A stretch of DNA of 43,220 bases, taken from contig CAZVFV010000001.1 in assembly GCA_964626625.1 (NCBI GenBank), positions 1 through 43,220 of the forward strand. Direction: 5' to 3'. The notes under the pieces were generated by a model. That model did not search any database. It saw only the letters and a program-made list of their open reading frames with translations, and had not been told where the DNA came from. Below, piece by piece: positions 32,289-40,646 of the stretch (positions are counted from its first letter, which is position 1; every line of letters starts with the position of its first letter). The translations under genes were made by a program, and so were the position numbers. The DNA comes from an uncultured Candidatus Saccharibacteria bacterium (GTDB taxonomy: Bacteria > Patescibacteriota > Minisyncoccia > Phycocordibacterales > CAYZPE01).

Positions 32289-35200
32289 ATGTCGAGCAAA
32301 TTCATCCACTTACATACCCACTCCCACTATTCCCTTCTTCAGGCATTACCTAAAATTCCCGAGCTCATAGAAGAAGCAAAGAAAAACAATATGTCCGCTC
32401 TTGCTCTTACTGACAATGGAAATCTCTATGGAGCAATCGAATTTTATAAATCCTGCAAAAAAGCTGACATCAAACCTATTATTGGTATTGATGCATACGT
32501 CTCAGCGCGAACACGTAACGACAAAGAACACGGACTTGATAGCTCTCAAACCCGCCTTGTACTCCTCGCAAAAGATATTATTGGATATAAAAACCTTATC
32601 AAGCTTGTTACTCATTCTTATCTTGAAGGTTTTTACTACAAACCTCGTATCGATAAAGAACTTATAGAAAAACATCACGAAGGACTTATTTGCATATCAC
32701 CTTCTTTTGGTGGAAGTATTGCCCTTGCTTGCGCTCAAGAAGATTTTGAAAAAGCTAAAGAATTAATTTCGTGGCATAAAAAAGTATATGGCGAAGAAAA
32801 TTTCTTTATTGAAATAACTCACCATCCAGAAGTTGAAGGTCATGAAGTAAAAATGGAAGCTCTAAAAAAAATTGCAAAAGAAACAAACACTCCTCTTGTA
32901 GCTGCGCAAGATGTCTATTATTTAAAACCGGAAGACCATAGGGCTCGTGAAGTTATGGTTGCAATTCAAAGCGGGACTTCAGTTGGTGAAAATGAAGGAA
33001 GTTTCAATGGCGCCCAAGAAAACTTCTCTTTTATATCAAGCGAAAAAGCAGAGAAACTATTCAAGAAAGAACCTGAAGCACTCGAAAATACTCTCAAAAT
33101 TGCTGATATGTGCAACCTTGAACTCAAGCTTGGGTCATGGGTATTTCCTGATTACAAAATTCCCGAAGGAAGAAGTTATGACGATGAATTGAGAGATCTT
33201 GCATATAAAGGAATAGAAAAACACGAATTAACTGAAACCCCAGAATTAAAAGAACGCCTCGAATACGAACTTAAGGTTATTAAAGACAAAGGTTATGCTC
33301 CGTACTTCCTTACTGTAGGAGACCTCCTTAAACATGCTCACGAAAAAGAAATCCTCACTACTATTAGAGGTTCGGTTGCAGGATCACTCACCACCTACCT
33401 TGCAGGTATTACAAACGTAAACCCGCTCGAGTATAAACTGCCTTTTGAACGATTCTTAAATCCTGAACGTCCTTCTGCTCCCGATATTGATATGGATTAC
33501 GCCGATAATCGTCGAGATGAAATGCTTCAGTATGCCAAAGAAAAATATGGAGAAGATAAAGTAGCTCAGATAGGTACATTCGGTACGATGATGGCACGAG
33601 GCGCTGTGCGTGACGTTGCTCGTGCTCTTGGATATTCCTACGGCACAGGTGACAGAATTTCAAAACTGATTCCTATGGGCTCCCAAGGTTTCCCGATGAC
33701 AATCAAAAAGGCTCTCGAGATAGAACCTGAGCTCAAGAAGATGTACAAAAGTGACGCGGATACAAAATCAATCCTTGATATGGCACAGAAGATTGAGGGA
33801 TGCGCTCGACACATTTCTGTTCATGCTGCGGGTGTGGTTATTTCTCCTACCCCGCTTACTGATTTTGTACCACTCCAGCTTGATCCAAAAGGTGGCAAAA
33901 TAATTACCCAGTTTGATATGCACTCCGTTGAAGATGCTGGTCTTTTGAAATTCGACTTCCTTGGTATTAAAAACCTAGCAATCCTAGCTGATGCTGTGAA
34001 GTTAGTAAAAAAAATCCGTGGAGTAGATGTTGATATAGAAAATGTTCCGATTGAAGATACAAAAACATTTGAAATGCTTGCTAAAGGAGAAACTGTCGGA
34101 CTCTTCCAATTGAACGGTGCTGGTATGACTCGATACCTCAAAGAACTTCAGCCAAGCACCATTCATGATATTAACGCCATGGTTGCTCTCTATCGACCAG
34201 GACCTATGGAATCTATTCCTCAATATATCGAACGTAAACACGACAACTCAAAGGTCCGCTATCTTGATCCGCGTATGAAAGACATTCTTGATCGATCATG
34301 GGGTGTTATCACCTATCAGGACGACGTTATGATGATCGCTATTAAACTTGCCGGATACTCTTGGCTTGAAGCGGACAAACTCCGAAAAGCGATGGGTAAG
34401 AAAATTCCAAAAGAAATGGAAGAGCAAAAAGGAAAACTCCGAGATGGTTTACTTAAAAACGGTATGTCTGAGAAAAAAGCAGACCAGCTCTGGAAACTCA
34501 TCGAACCATTCGCCGCTTATGGATTCAACAAAGCGCATGCAGCGAGCTATGGTCGTGTGGCGTACCAGACTGCTTATATGAAAGCGAATTTCCCTGTGAT
34601 CTATATGTCAGCTGTCCTTACTGCTGATTCTGGAGATGTAGAGGAAATTTCAAAAATTGTAAGTGAATGTAAACGTATGGGTATTCCTGTTCTTCCACCA
34701 GATATCAATGAAAGTTTTGGGGGTTTTACAGTCGTGACTGATTCAAAAAAAGGAGAATCTATTCGTTTTGGCCTCTTTACTGTTAAAAACTTTGGTGAAG
34801 GTATTGGAACAAGTATCATTGAAGAAAGAAAGAACGGAGGAAAATTTATTTCAATCGCTAATTTCCTTGAAAGAATCAAAGATAGAAATTTAAATAAAAA
34901 ATCTCTTGAATCTCTTATTAAGTGTGGAGCAATGGACGAACTTGGAGAAAGAGGACTTCTTTTGGCAAATCTCGAAAACTTACTTGGACATAACAAAGAA
35001 AAACAAAATGCTCCTGACCATCAAGCTTCCCTCTTTGGTCTTATGGAAGACACTTCAACAATACCTGGACTCAAACTCCAACCTGCCGCTGACGCAACCA
35101 TGGATGCAAAACTTTTTTGGGAAAAAGAACTTCTTGGTTTATATATTTCTGGACACCCTCTTGATAAATTTAAAGAAAAACTTGAAAAGCAAGAAATGAC

Positions 35201-35477
35201 GATAGCAAAAGCCCGAGAAACTGCACAGGAAAACTCAACTATTATTCTCGGTGGAATCATAGAAGAAGCAAAACCTATTATTACAAAAAAGGGCGATCAT
35301 ATGATGTTTCTTAAAATCGCTGATTTAACAGGAGATATTGAAGCTGTGGTTTTTCCAAAAACATATGCGGAATTTAAAGATATTCTCGTACAGGAACAAT
35401 GTGTGGCCATTAAAGGAAAGTTTTCCAAAAGAAATGACGAGCTGAGTATTATTATTGATAAAGTTAAGAAGCTTTAA
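32289..35477 (+). CDS. dnaE: DNA polymerase III alpha subunit
   Basis: 1062 aa with an N-terminal PHP domain (HLHTHSHYSLL), palm/fingers motifs (PDIDMDY, FNKAHAASY) and a C-terminal OB fold. Confidence 0.96.
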   Translation: MSSKFIHLHTHSHYSLLQALPKIPELIEEAKKNNMSALALTDNGNLYGAIEFYKSCKKADIKPIIGIDAYVSARTRNDKEHGLDSSQTRLVLLAKDIIGYKNLIKLVTHSYLEGFYYKPRIDKELIEKHHEGLICISPSFGGSIALACAQEDFEKAKELISWHKKVYGEENFFIEITHHPEVEGHEVKMEALKKIAKETNTPLVAAQDVYYLKPEDHRAREVMVAIQSGTSVGENEGSFNGAQENFSFISSEKAEKLFKKEPEALENTLKIADMCNLELKLGSWVFPDYKIPEGRSYDDELRDLAYKGIEKHELTETPELKERLEYELKVIKDKGYAPYFLTVGDLLKHAHEKEILTTIRGSVAGSLTTYLAGITNVNPLEYKLPFERFLNPERPSAPDIDMDYADNRRDEMLQYAKEKYGEDKVAQIGTFGTMMARGAVRDVARALGYSYGTGDRISKLIPMGSQGFPMTIKKALEIEPELKKMYKSDADTKSILDMAQKIEGCARHISVHAAGVVISPTPLTDFVPLQLDPKGGKIITQFDMHSVEDAGLLKFDFLGIKNLAILADAVKLVKKIRGVDVDIENVPIEDTKTFEMLAKGETVGLFQLNGAGMTRYLKELQPSTIHDINAMVALYRPGPMESIPQYIERKHDNSKVRYLDPRMKDILDRSWGVITYQDDVMMIAIKLAGYSWLEADKLRKAMGKKIPKEMEEQKGKLRDGLLKNGMSEKKADQLWKLIEPFAAYGFNKAHAASYGRVAYQTAYMKANFPVIYMSAVLTADSGDVEEISKIVSECKRMGIPVLPPDINESFGGFTVVTDSKKGESIRFGLFTVKNFGEGIGTSIIEERKNGGKFISIANFLERIKDRNLNKKSLESLIKCGAMDELGERGLLLANLENLLGHNKEKQNAPDHQASLFGLMEDTSTIPGLKLQPAADATMDAKLFWEKELLGLYISGHPLDKFKEKLEKQEMTIAKARETAQENSTIILGGIIEEAKPIITKKGDHMMFLKIADLTGDIEAVVFPKTYAEFKDILVQEQCVAIKGKFSKRNDELSIIIDKVKKL

Positions 35478-35501
35478 GCTTTAAGCTTTAAGCTATAAGC
35501 C
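35467..35501 (-). repeat. Phased heptamer array (minus-strand reading: ggcttat agcttaa agcttaa agcttaa agcttct)
   Basis: Five in-phase 7-nt units overlap the dnaE stop codon. Three consecutive identical units create tandem HindIII-like aagctt sites. Confidence 0.55.
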
Positions 35502-35536
35502 AGAAGGTAGAATACAGAAATTAGAATTTAGATAAC

Positions 35537-35573
35537 AAAAAAGCCGAAGTGCGCTCCGCGCACTTCGGCTTTT
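35537..35573. terminator. Bidirectional intrinsic terminator between dnaE and the 172-aa ORF
   Basis: aagccgaagtgcgc-tcc-gcgcacttcggctt forms a perfect 14-bp stem flanked by an A-run and a T-run. Confidence 0.8.
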
Positions 35574-35580
35574 GATCTAC

Positions 35581-36099
35581 TTATTTTTTTGCATATCGAA
35601 TTTCTTTTGGATCCTCACATATTAAGGAGTTGAACTTGCCCACAATCCGAGCAACCCTAAGGATCTTTTTCGAATCAAACTTGTTGTGTGCCAACATAAG
35701 CAACAACCCTTCAAATATGTGTTTTGATCGCGAAAAAACATATCTATCAAAAATATCTAATGAGTCATGCGCATTCTGAACAGAACGTAAAAGAATCGGC
35801 AGGAGAGAAATGCAGAAATCCGCCTTACGAGAAGTAAAACTTTTTTCAAGCTTACAAAACCTGTCATCCACAAAAAGAACAACGTCTTGAACGCTTGCCT
35901 CCAGCAAAAGACTTTTACGTAAACGGCGTATCTTAGGTGCAGAAACACTTCTTACCAAAGTAAGTGCTTCTTCTGGAATAGCATCAAAAATATCACGAAT
36001 CCCTTCATGAGCGTCAAAATCTGACGGCCCGTCCATTTTTAGAAGACCTTTGGGGCCAGAACCATGTTTAATCAGAGGACCATTGTGTGATATCGCCAT
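35581..36099 (-). CDS. Hypothetical 172-aa protein
   Basis: The ORF has an AGGAG SD 7 nt upstream of the ATG and its own terminator. No family was recognised. Confidence 0.6.
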   Translation of the reverse strand: MAISHNGPLIKHGSGPKGLLKMDGPSDFDAHEGIRDIFDAIPEEALTLVRSVSAPKIRRLRKSLLLEASVQDVVLFVDDRFCKLEKSFTSRKADFCISLLPILLRSVQNAHDSLDIFDRYVFSRSKHIFEGLLLMLAHNKFDSKKILRVARIVGKFNSLICEDPKEIRYAKK

Positions 36100-36188
36100 T
36101 GTATAGCTCCTAAAAAAGGTTCAATTCTGTTTCTGATATTAACTCTTTATCTTTTGCTCCACAAGCGTAAACTTGCTATTATTTTCCA

Positions 36189-37985
36189 ATGCAACATAGC
36201 GAACAATTAGCTCACAAAAGACACTCTTTAGCACACCTTTTAGCTGCTGCGGTTTTAAAATTTCACCCTGATGCAAATCCTACCCTTGGCCCTGCAGTAG
36301 ATAATGGTTTTTATTATGACTTCGAATTTAAAACTCCTATTTCTGAAAAAGATCTTCCTAAAATAGAAAAAGAAATGCGAAAGATTTTGAAAACATGGAC
36401 TGCGTTTACACACGAAGAGGTTTCTCCGATACAAGCACGAGAAGTATATAAAAATAATCCCTACAAACTAGAGTTAATAAACGAAATTGAGGGTAAGGGC
36501 GAAAAAATAACCCTATATCATTCTGGACCTAAAAGCTCACAGCCTACCTCCTCGGCAGACGGGTCAAAAGCTGAAAGCTCTTTTACTGATTTGTGTCGTG
36601 GTGGACATGTTGAAAATCCAAGTAAAGACATCAACCCAGAATCATTTAAGCTTTCTCATATAGCTGGAGCATACTGGCGTGGAGATGAAAAAAATACCAT
36701 GCTTACTCGTATTTACGGTCTTGCTTTTGATACCAAAGAAGAACTCGAAACATACGTAACTCAAATTGAAGAAGCTAAAAAAAGAGATCATCGTAAACTA
36801 GGAAAAGAACTTCAGCTTTACACTATTATTGATGAAATAGGACCTGGACTTCCTTTATTTTATCCAAAAGGAGCAATCCTAAGACGAATTGTTGAAAATT
36901 ATATTATCGATGAACAAGAAAAACGTGGTTATCAGCCAATTTGGATTCCGCATATTACCAAAGGAAAACTATATGAAATCTCAGGACATCTTGATAAGTA
37001 TGACGCCATGTACAGCCCAATGGTTGTAGATAAGGAAAACTATTATTTAAAGCCGATGAATTGTCCGCATTTCATGATGCTTTATAAAACACTTCCACAC
37101 TCATACAAAGAACTTCCTCTTCGATATACATGCACTACAACAAACTATAGATACGAAAAATCTGGTGAACTCTCTGGTCTCACTCGAGTAAGATCTCTTA
37201 CACAAGACGACTGTCATGTTTTTGCAACAAAAGAAACGATTGAATCAGAAATAGACCTTATGCTTGAAATGATAAAAGATGTCTATGCAAGTTTTGGTTT
37301 TAATGAATTTTATGTTCGCGTGTCGCTTCGTGATTCAAAAAACAAAGACAAGTACATTGGCAGTGATGAAGTTTGGGAAACTGCAGAGAATGCCTTAAGG
37401 AGCGTTGTAAAAAAGACAGGTTGGAAATACGAAGAAGCTGAAGATGAGGCTGCTTTTTATGGCCCTAAGCTCGACTTTATGATGAAAGATGTTTTAGGTC
37501 GCGAATGGCAACTCTCTACAATACAACTAGACTTTAATCTTCCTGAACGATTTGAACTTGAATACACAGACAGTGAAGGAAAAAAGGTTCGTCCAATCGT
37601 AATCCATCGTGCAATTCTAGGATCAACAGAACGCTTCCTCGGTATTCTTATTGAACACACTGCTGGTAATTTCCCTCTGTGGCTTTCACCTGTGCAGATT
37701 AAAATTCTCCCTATTTCTGAAAACCACCTTGAATTTGCAAAAGAAATATCTAAAAAACTTAAAGATGCGGGCATACGAGCAGAGCTTGATAATTCTGACA
37801 ATGGTCTTGGTAAAAAAGTTAGAAATGCAAAGGTAGAAAAAGTTCCGTACTTCCTTGTTGTTGGTGATAAAGAAATTGAATCAAAACAAATTTCTCTTGA
37901 GAATAGAGATGGCAAACCTACACAAACACTTAAACCAGATGAACTCCTCGAAAAATTAAGTATAGAAATCAGAGACAAGAAATAA
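36189..37985 (+). CDS. thrS: Threonine--tRNA ligase (starts at the editing/second-additional domain; no N-terminal TGS domain)
   Basis: 598 aa with HSLAHLLAAAV, class II motifs and a C-terminal anticodon-binding domain. Confidence 0.95.
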   Translation: MQHSEQLAHKRHSLAHLLAAAVLKFHPDANPTLGPAVDNGFYYDFEFKTPISEKDLPKIEKEMRKILKTWTAFTHEEVSPIQAREVYKNNPYKLELINEIEGKGEKITLYHSGPKSSQPTSSADGSKAESSFTDLCRGGHVENPSKDINPESFKLSHIAGAYWRGDEKNTMLTRIYGLAFDTKEELETYVTQIEEAKKRDHRKLGKELQLYTIIDEIGPGLPLFYPKGAILRRIVENYIIDEQEKRGYQPIWIPHITKGKLYEISGHLDKYDAMYSPMVVDKENYYLKPMNCPHFMMLYKTLPHSYKELPLRYTCTTTNYRYEKSGELSGLTRVRSLTQDDCHVFATKETIESEIDLMLEMIKDVYASFGFNEFYVRVSLRDSKNKDKYIGSDEVWETAENALRSVVKKTGWKYEEAEDEAAFYGPKLDFMMKDVLGREWQLSTIQLDFNLPERFELEYTDSEGKKVRPIVIHRAILGSTERFLGILIEHTAGNFPLWLSPVQIKILPISENHLEFAKEISKKLKDAGIRAELDNSDNGLGKKVRNAKVEKVPYFLVVGDKEIESKQISLENRDGKPTQTLKPDELLEKLSIEIRDKK

Positions 37986-37996
37986 TTTCTACATAC

Positions 37997-38030
37997 AAAA
38001 ACCGCGCACCTGTACAGGTGCGCGGTTTTT
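37997..38030. terminator. Bidirectional intrinsic terminator between thrS and gyrB
   Basis: accgcgcacctg-ta-caggtgcgcggt, flanked by aaaaa and ttttt. Confidence 0.8.
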
Positions 38031-38070
38031 GTATTAAAAGCATTACAAAATTATCTACTTTCAACAATTC

Positions 38071-38097
38071 AATACTATACATCGTATAGTATTTTTT
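38071..38097 (+). terminator. Second AT-rich hairpin with a U-tract
   Basis: aatactatac-atc-gtatagtatt, followed by ttttatt. Confidence 0.45.
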
Positions 38098-38202
38098 ATT
38101 TAGACCTATTTACTATTTTGAGTAGAATTTCTTTATGCGTGCTCTCCTGCTTTACTGACAAATGTGCATTTTTTTATTTTCTCTTTTTCATCTTTACTCT
38201 CT

Positions 38203-40260
38203 CTAGATATCAATATTTGCTCTTCGTGCATTTGATTGAATAAATGCCTTACGAGCTGGAACATCAGTTCCCATAAGTATCTCAAACACCTTATCTGCTT
38301 CTTGACCATCTGCAATAGTGACCTGCTTCAAAATACGTCTCTCTGGATCCATGGTTGTTTCCCACAACTCTTCTGAGTTCATCTCTCCCAAACCTTTATA
38401 TCGTTGTATAGAAGCCTTAATCTTTGCTTTCTTGTCTACTACCTTAACAGGCTCTATGTCTTCATTTTCCTCTGAAGGTTCTCCTAAACCTTCGTCAACT
38501 TCAGTGTCACCAAGAATTTTAGTTTTTTCTTCATCTGAATATGCATAAAATATCTCTCTGCCTTTTTTAATCTTATAGAGTGGCGGTTGAGCAATGTAGA
38601 TAAATCCTCCATCAATAAGTGGTCGAAGAAAACGATAAAAAAGTGTAAGAAGAAGTGTTCTAATGTGCGCACCGTCAACGTCAGCATCGGTTGCAATAAT
38701 AACTTTATGATAACGAAGTTTAGCGATATCAAATGTATCTCCAATAGCAGCACCAAGTGCGACCACAAGATTCTTGATCTGTTCTGAAGTAAGTGCCTTG
38801 TCTAATCGAGCTCGTTCAATGTTTAAAATTTTTCCTCGTAATGGAAGAACAGCTTGGATCCTTCGGTCTCGTCCACTTTTTGCCGTACCTCCCGCAGAAT
38901 CCCCCTCCACAATAAATATTTCCGACTCTTCTGAGCTCTTTGACTGACAGTCCGCAAGTTTACCTGGTAAGGTCATTCCTTCTAAGATTCCTTTTCGAAG
39001 TACACTATCCTTTGCAGCTTTCGCAGCTTTACGAGCACGGAGCGCAAGTATCGCTTTACTTATAATCGCTCGGGCATCTTCTGGGTTCTCTTCAAGGAAC
39101 ATTTCAAAAGCTTCAGAGAAAACTGACTCCACCATACCTCGAGCCTCAACACTTCCAAGCTTTGCTTTTGTTTGACCTTCGAATTGAATTTCTCTAAGTT
39201 TAATTGAAATAGCAACAGTCAGTCCTTCAAGAACATCATCTCCAGTAAAGTTTTCTTCACTATCTTTAATAAGACCATTCTTGCGTCCATACGCATTAAT
39301 AATTCTTGTAAGAGCTGTTTTAAAACCGGTAACATGTGTTCCTCCTTCAGAGTTATAAATATTATTCGCAAAAGGAATAATACGAGACGTTAAGTCATCT
39401 ATATACTGAAGAGCAACTTCTACTGTTTCATATTCGCTCGTATTTTTTTCAACATAAAAAATATTTTTATGTACTGACTTGAAGAGTTGATTATAAAACG
39501 TAATGAGAGAAACCAAACCTCCTTCAAAATAAAAAGAAGTCGAAGGAATTTCTAACTGTAAATCATTGAGATAGAAAACATCTTCTGTTGGAATGTCGTT
39601 TTTGTACTCTCGTGCATCAAGCACAGTGATACGAAGACCTTTTACTAAATAAGCTTGCTGACGAAGATGGCTCACTATCTTTTCCCATGTAAAATAAATT
39701 TCTTTAAAAATAGAAATATCTGGCTCAAATGTCACAATTGTTCCATTTAGTTTTGATGGACCAACTTTTTTAACTGCCTGCTTTTTCTTTCCACATGAAT
39801 ACTCCTGAAAGAAATGTCCTCCATCACGGTACACATCAACACGAGTATAAACAGAAAGAGCATTTACCACAGATGCACCTACACCGTGTAAACCTCCAGA
39901 CACTTTATATCCATCACCACCAAATTTTCCTCCGGCATGGAGTGTTGTCATAATAGTTTCCAGAGCAGAAACTTTTGACTGCTTATGCATATCAACAGGG
40001 ATACCTCGACCGTTATCTACTACTCGTATACGGTTACCCGGAAGAAGTGCGACTTCAATATTGTTAGCAAAATTACCCATCGCTTCATCGCGAGAGTTAT
40101 CAAAAATTTCCCAAATAAGATGATGAAGTCCATCAGTACCTGTTGTACCGATATACATACCTGGACGCTTTCTTACAGGCTCAAGACCCTCAAGGACAGT
40201 AATGTCCTCAGCGCTATATGCTCCTTTTTTTACCTTTTTATCTTCTTTTTCTTTGGCCAT
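38203..40260 (-). CDS. gyrB: DNA gyrase subunit B
   Basis: 685 aa with the GHKL ATPase (LEGLEPVRKRPGMYIG, GGLHGVG), TOPRIM (EIFIVEGDSAGG) and IATDADVDGAHI. Confidence 0.97.
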   Translation of the reverse strand: MAKEKEDKKVKKGAYSAEDITVLEGLEPVRKRPGMYIGTTGTDGLHHLIWEIFDNSRDEAMGNFANNIEVALLPGNRIRVVDNGRGIPVDMHKQSKVSALETIMTTLHAGGKFGGDGYKVSGGLHGVGASVVNALSVYTRVDVYRDGGHFFQEYSCGKKKQAVKKVGPSKLNGTIVTFEPDISIFKEIYFTWEKIVSHLRQQAYLVKGLRITVLDAREYKNDIPTEDVFYLNDLQLEIPSTSFYFEGGLVSLITFYNQLFKSVHKNIFYVEKNTSEYETVEVALQYIDDLTSRIIPFANNIYNSEGGTHVTGFKTALTRIINAYGRKNGLIKDSEENFTGDDVLEGLTVAISIKLREIQFEGQTKAKLGSVEARGMVESVFSEAFEMFLEENPEDARAIISKAILALRARKAAKAAKDSVLRKGILEGMTLPGKLADCQSKSSEESEIFIVEGDSAGGTAKSGRDRRIQAVLPLRGKILNIERARLDKALTSEQIKNLVVALGAAIGDTFDIAKLRYHKVIIATDADVDGAHIRTLLLTLFYRFLRPLIDGGFIYIAQPPLYKIKKGREIFYAYSDEEKTKILGDTEVDEGLGEPSEENEDIEPVKVVDKKAKIKASIQRYKGLGEMNSEELWETTMDPERRILKQVTIADGQEADKVFEILMGTDVPARKAFIQSNARRANIDI

Positions 40261-40291
40261 AATTAAAAAAGCATATGCTTTTAGTTGAGTT

Positions 40292-40319
40292 ATTATAGCA
40301 AATTAACCCCTACAAACAA
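40292..40319 (-). promoter_or_regulatory. Candidate gyrB promoter
   Basis: On the minus strand, TTGTTT (40319-40314), a 16-nt spacer, then TATAAT (40297-40292). The 16-nt palindrome aaaagcatatgctttt (40267-40282) lies in the short 5' UTR. Confidence 0.45.
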
Positions 40320-40376
40320 AGGAAAATTGGGGATTTTAAAGGTGCTGTTTTAGGTAAAAAAACACGCCTTTTTTGA

Positions 40377-40405
40377 TTGACTTTTTTAGTTAAGTGTGAT
40401 AGTAT
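40377..40405 (+). promoter_or_regulatory. Sigma-70-type promoter with an extended -10, driving the orphan sRNA
   Basis: TTGACT (40377-40382), a 17-nt spacer ending in TGA, then TAGTAT (40400-40405). Confidence 0.6.
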
Positions 40406-40411
40406 ATATAC

Positions 40412-40538
40412 AGAGACGATCAGGGGAGGTTATCTATGTAGATACCTCAAGAATCGTCTGAATTCAATTCATGTTGCTCGCCGCCTAAAGCGAGCAACAT
40501 GCAAAACCCCTCACACAGTTATGTGTGAGGGGTTTTTT
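40412..40538 (+). ncRNA. Candidate roughly 125-nt small RNA with three hairpins (unknown family)
   Basis: Hairpin 1 is agacgat/atcgtct, enclosing gaggttatcta/tagatacctc. Hairpin 2 is the perfect 12-bp stem catgttgctcgc/gcgagcaacatg. Hairpin 3 is the terminator cccctcacaca-gtta-tgtgtgagggg plus T6. It lies antisense to the flanking pheT and gyrB genes and has no plausible ORF. Confidence 0.6.
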
Positions 40539-40583
40539 CATTCCTCCCTTTTCTAAAAGCTGATTTTTATATTGAAAAAATCA

Positions 40584-40626
40584 CGTCGAAAATTTCTAAT
40601 AACATCGTTATTAGAAATTTTCGACG
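40584..40626 (-). terminator. Intrinsic terminator after pheT
   Basis: Perfect 20-bp stem cgtcgaaaatttctaataac-atc-gttattagaaattttcgacg, followed on the minus strand by tgattttttc. Confidence 0.8.
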
Positions 40627-40646
40627 CAGAACCTAACAGTCAACAG

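Noticed and set aside
35467-35501. The heptamer arrays were considered as a CRISPR array or as coding tandem repeats.
   Set aside because: The units are 7 nt with no spacers, and no cas genes are present. The arrays lie outside or at the very end of ORFs. They are recorded as a short tandem repeat family instead.
40436-40441. The ATG-TAG start-stop mini-ORF, and a 5-codon ORF at 40471-40488, inside the sRNA candidate were considered as peptide genes.
   Set aside because: They are too short to be called as CDS. The start-stop is noted in the findings only as a possible ribosome-binding curiosity.
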